Shown here: in pieces, positions 60,973 to 64,000 of the stretch
How positions within the stretch are numbered: position 1 is the stretch's first letter
Layout of the letters: every line of letters starts with the position of its first letter
Source: Tubulanus polymorphus
Taxonomy: Eukaryota; Animalia; Nemertea
Assembly: GCF_964204645.1 (NCBI RefSeq)
Contig: NC_134030.1
Location: forward strand, 20,048,210 to 20,112,209
DNA length: 64,000 nt
Direction of reading: 5' to 3'
The notes under the pieces: generated by a model
The model's input: only the letters and a program-made list of their open reading frames with translations
What the model was told of the DNA's origin: nothing
Database searches by the model: none
Made by a program: the position numbers and the translations under genes

Positions 60973-63810
60973 ATGGTTTCGGTTCATTCTGTCGTGTTGA
61001 TGTTGTTCGGTATGGATCGACTGAGAGCACTGTTTTTAGCGTCGCTGATCGTCTGGCGAGTTAACATCGCACACGCTGATCTGTCTGACTCTGTGACGGT
61101 CAGTTCGTCTTGTAACAACACTTGGTACCCCGTCGAATCTACGTCCGGTTACATCGTTTCACCGAATTACCCGTCGTTAACGCGCGGTGTTGAATGTCGT
61201 TGGTTCGTCAACAGCTCTTTACCGGGAACTTTCAACATCAACCTATACTACGACATCGAGCCGTCGATATTCTGTAGTGATAACTACCTTCTCGTCGGTG
61301 AGTCCGATAACAGATTCTGCGGTGAAGGAAAACATGAAATCCGCCGTAACGATTCGATCTCGTTGATGTTTAGGAGTAACGTCGATGGTGCGCGGGGTAG
61401 TCGGGTTTATCTCATATATCGTTATGAACGAGACAATTTGAAATTATTTCTTAACTGCAGGAACATTTTTCATAGAATAAACAAATTACAAACACCGAGA
61501 GGATACAAATTCGCAATATATTTAAATCTTTGTCAATTATATTTGGAATGGATCGAGATCCCGGACGGTTTTGCGATTAATTTGACGTTTACACAGGTCG
61601 ATTTCAGATTATCTCCTGGCGCTCATTCAGCGACAACTGTTCAGATTTACGACGGATGGAACATCACCAGTGAACCTATAGCTGTTATACCAGAACAAAC
61701 CGGACATCCACCTTCATCATTTTATACTAAAACTAACAAAGCGATTATTGATACACATCTATTGCCCTTTAAATCGCAACTATTAGCTCATGTCTATAGA
61801 ATATCTGATTGGAACGTCTCTAATCCGTTAATTCAAATCTCTAATAACGAGTCTGGAGTGCTCATTCCCGGTGACAACAGTTTACACGTAATAACTCGAT
61901 CAAAACACTTACACTGCTGGTCTATCACAGTGCAGGTGTTACAGTACGTCGTCTTCAACTGGGCACGTGATCTCAACACATCCGGTGACGTCATTGGCGT
62001 ATATAAACTAGAAGGTTTACGCGTTGTAGGAACTGATATTTTACTCGGTTACAACTACCTGGAATCACTGAGTGTTAAATCTGACGGCTTTCTCGTCATA
62101 CTGTGCGTTTTAATAAGACAAGGTGTTTTACCGTCGAATGTGAAAATTGAATTTGAAGTGAAATCTTTTTCCATAAAAGACGTACGAGTGGAAAAACGCT
62201 CGGTGAGTATTGTGCCTTTTAATTTTAAGTTTATGATTTTGGATTTGTGTTTGGATGTGTGTGGATCTCTGTTATTAGGTTTCATGCGTAGAGTTTACTT
62301 TATACTTTAGTGGGAAATTTTGGATTTTTCACCTGAAAAAGAAATTTAATTTTAGCTAATCTTAAAACATGAATTGCTGCACGTGACAAAATCATTAATC
62401 GACGTAGATTTGAAAATGTTGTTATGTTATTAATACTTGAAAAAACAAATGCTGATTTGTTATATTTTGTAGATATCTGGTAACAGAAACAAATACGATT
62501 TGATTGTTCAAAATCTGTTCCCGACGACAAAGAAGACAACATTATCGTATCGCATAAATACATTAGAATTTAAACGGAAAGTTGATATCTATGAGGATGG
62601 CTTAAAACTAACAGTTTTATCGGAGACGTGCGAGGGAGCTGGATTTTATATATATGATGGTGGTAATTTTACAGCGAGACGCTATGGTCCGTATTGTCCT
62701 GGTCATAAATACGGTCGTAACGTCGTCAGTCTGATTACATCAGGAGGACCGGTTACTGTAGTAGGATACGCTTATAGTGATGTACCTAAATCTGGGTATC
62801 TCAGAGTCAATCCTACTGATTGTGACGGGTATGTTCTACAGGAAGGAGAAAATCAGATCAATATGACGTCACACTGTCTCGTGATTACACCTGAAAACCG
62901 GCGCCTTCCTTTAGAAAATATTTATATATTATCAGAACACGAATATCAAATTTACACATGTTTCCGTGGTTTAAATTCGTGTCGTGATGTTACTCTCACA
63001 ACTCAATTACTGAATAACAGTCTCTTAATGAATCATCTGATGATAAAAGGAAGTAGTTATAGGTTCTGGAGTAGTTCAATGATGATTGTACTACGACGTA
63101 AATGTTTGGTGTTGATGATCTATCAAGATTCCCCGGTAGTTACTGCTAGTAGTTTTGCATACATCCCGCCGATGCGAGAAAAATGTGGAGTCGCACAATC
63201 ACCGAACTATCCTCGATATGTTACACAACGCAGTAAATCAAGTTTGTACTACTCATTTCATTACGACAAACATTTGAATTATTACATCAGATTCCTTTTC
63301 AAATTTATGGGACACGCCTCGTGCAGCCCTTCTAGTAGTAATGCTGTTCGAGACCTGTTATTACTGGTACAGAGTATTTTTAAACCCGGTAGTGTTTTAC
63401 TCCTTGTGGGGCTGCGTCGCCACGAGACTAAAATATGTGAAAATAACGCAGTACCGGGACTTGTATTGTACAGTCTACTCGGGCACGACGTTTACTTCGA
63501 AGCGAAAAACTATATCCCTTTATTTCAAATTCAATACACTTTAGAACAATCGCCTTCACAAACACATCGAAATAATGACTGTGGGTCAGATTTTCTAGAT
63601 TCAGGTGTTTCGTGTATCAGATACATCAAACATGAACGTCTGAATTGGGAGAACGCTGAAATGTACTGTCAACAGAAATACGGAGGACATCTTCTCAGTA
63701 TCAACATTGAACAGGAAATGATTGCTGTAAAAAAACTGTTCGCTACGAATCTTCTTCAGGAGGCGTATTCACAGGCGGCGCTGATTGTGATGATTGGATT
63801 GAAATGGCAG
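60973..63810 (+). CDS. GRL101-like GPCR, copy 6, 5' part only; join(60973..62202,62473..63810); exon 3 lies beyond the window
   Basis: Donor TCG|GTGAGT at 62203, acceptor ttttgtag| at 62472, donor CAG|GTAATT at 63811; CUB-like and first CLECT motifs as in the other copies. Confidence 0.9.
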
Positions 63811-64000
63811 GTAATTTCCAAGTATCGTTATGAACATGTTTACCAACATTCATTTAGTATTGAACATGATTTTGAATTTGTTACCAATTCATTAATTCTC
63901 TACTAAAAGTCTAGAATCTTTCATATTAATTGAAACAGATTTCTATAAATCAACGTGTAAAATGTAACATAATCTTAATTTGATAAACTCAATTCAGACG

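Larger units (their letters stand above)
1..64000 (+). repeat. Tandem segmental array of a ~10.2-12.6 kb unit (receptor gene + knottin gene + TE remnants); 5 full units plus partial flanking units
   Basis: Equivalent first-ATG positions at 1050, 11282, 23655, 36294, 48651 (GTG in this copy) and 60973 give periods of 10232, 12373, 12639, 12357 and 12322 bp. Exons, introns and spacers all align between units. Confidence 0.98.

Noticed and set aside
1-64000. Prokaryotic systems (CRISPR, operons) or a firm species assignment
   Set aside because: Spliceosomal introns, SINE/LINE remnants and metazoan domains show animal DNA, and no repeat-spacer array is present. A lophotrochozoan source is likely, but the species cannot be determined without a database search.

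Overview
Eukaryotic (invertebrate, probably lophotrochozoan) genomic DNA consisting entirely of a tandem array of a ~10-12.6 kb unit: five complete copies and a sixth cut by the right edge, with the tail of an earlier unit at the left edge. Each unit carries a 3-exon, ~1,930-aa GRL101-like (LGR type C) receptor gene on the + strand: signal peptide, several CUB/CUB-like domains, 2 C-type lectin-like domains, ~7 LDLa repeats, LRRs and a rhodopsin-type 7TM. The ORF track splits each gene into three ORFs, which join in frame through GT-AG introns. Each spacer also holds a small spliced gene that the ORF track misses, with TATA+Inr, a non-coding first exon, a signal-peptide exon, a mature-peptide exon and AATAAA. 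It encodes a 48-49 aa precursor of a 26-aa C-C-CC-C-C (inhibitor cystine knot, omega-conotoxin-like spacing) peptide. All five peptide copies differ, and all 8 variable nucleotide sites in the mature-peptide exon change the amino acid. Receptor ectodomain loops are also hypervariable while the 7TM is nearly invariant. This makes a candidate co-duplicated, co-diversifying receptor + knottin cassette; a functional link is inference only. The spacers also contain a decaying minus-strand peptide-GPCR-like pseudogene fragment, an L2/CR1-type LINE RT remnant, tRNA-derived SINE-like elements, MITE-like elements, and in two units a 224-bp segment with a minimal hammerhead ribozyme motif. All coordinates were counted by hand.
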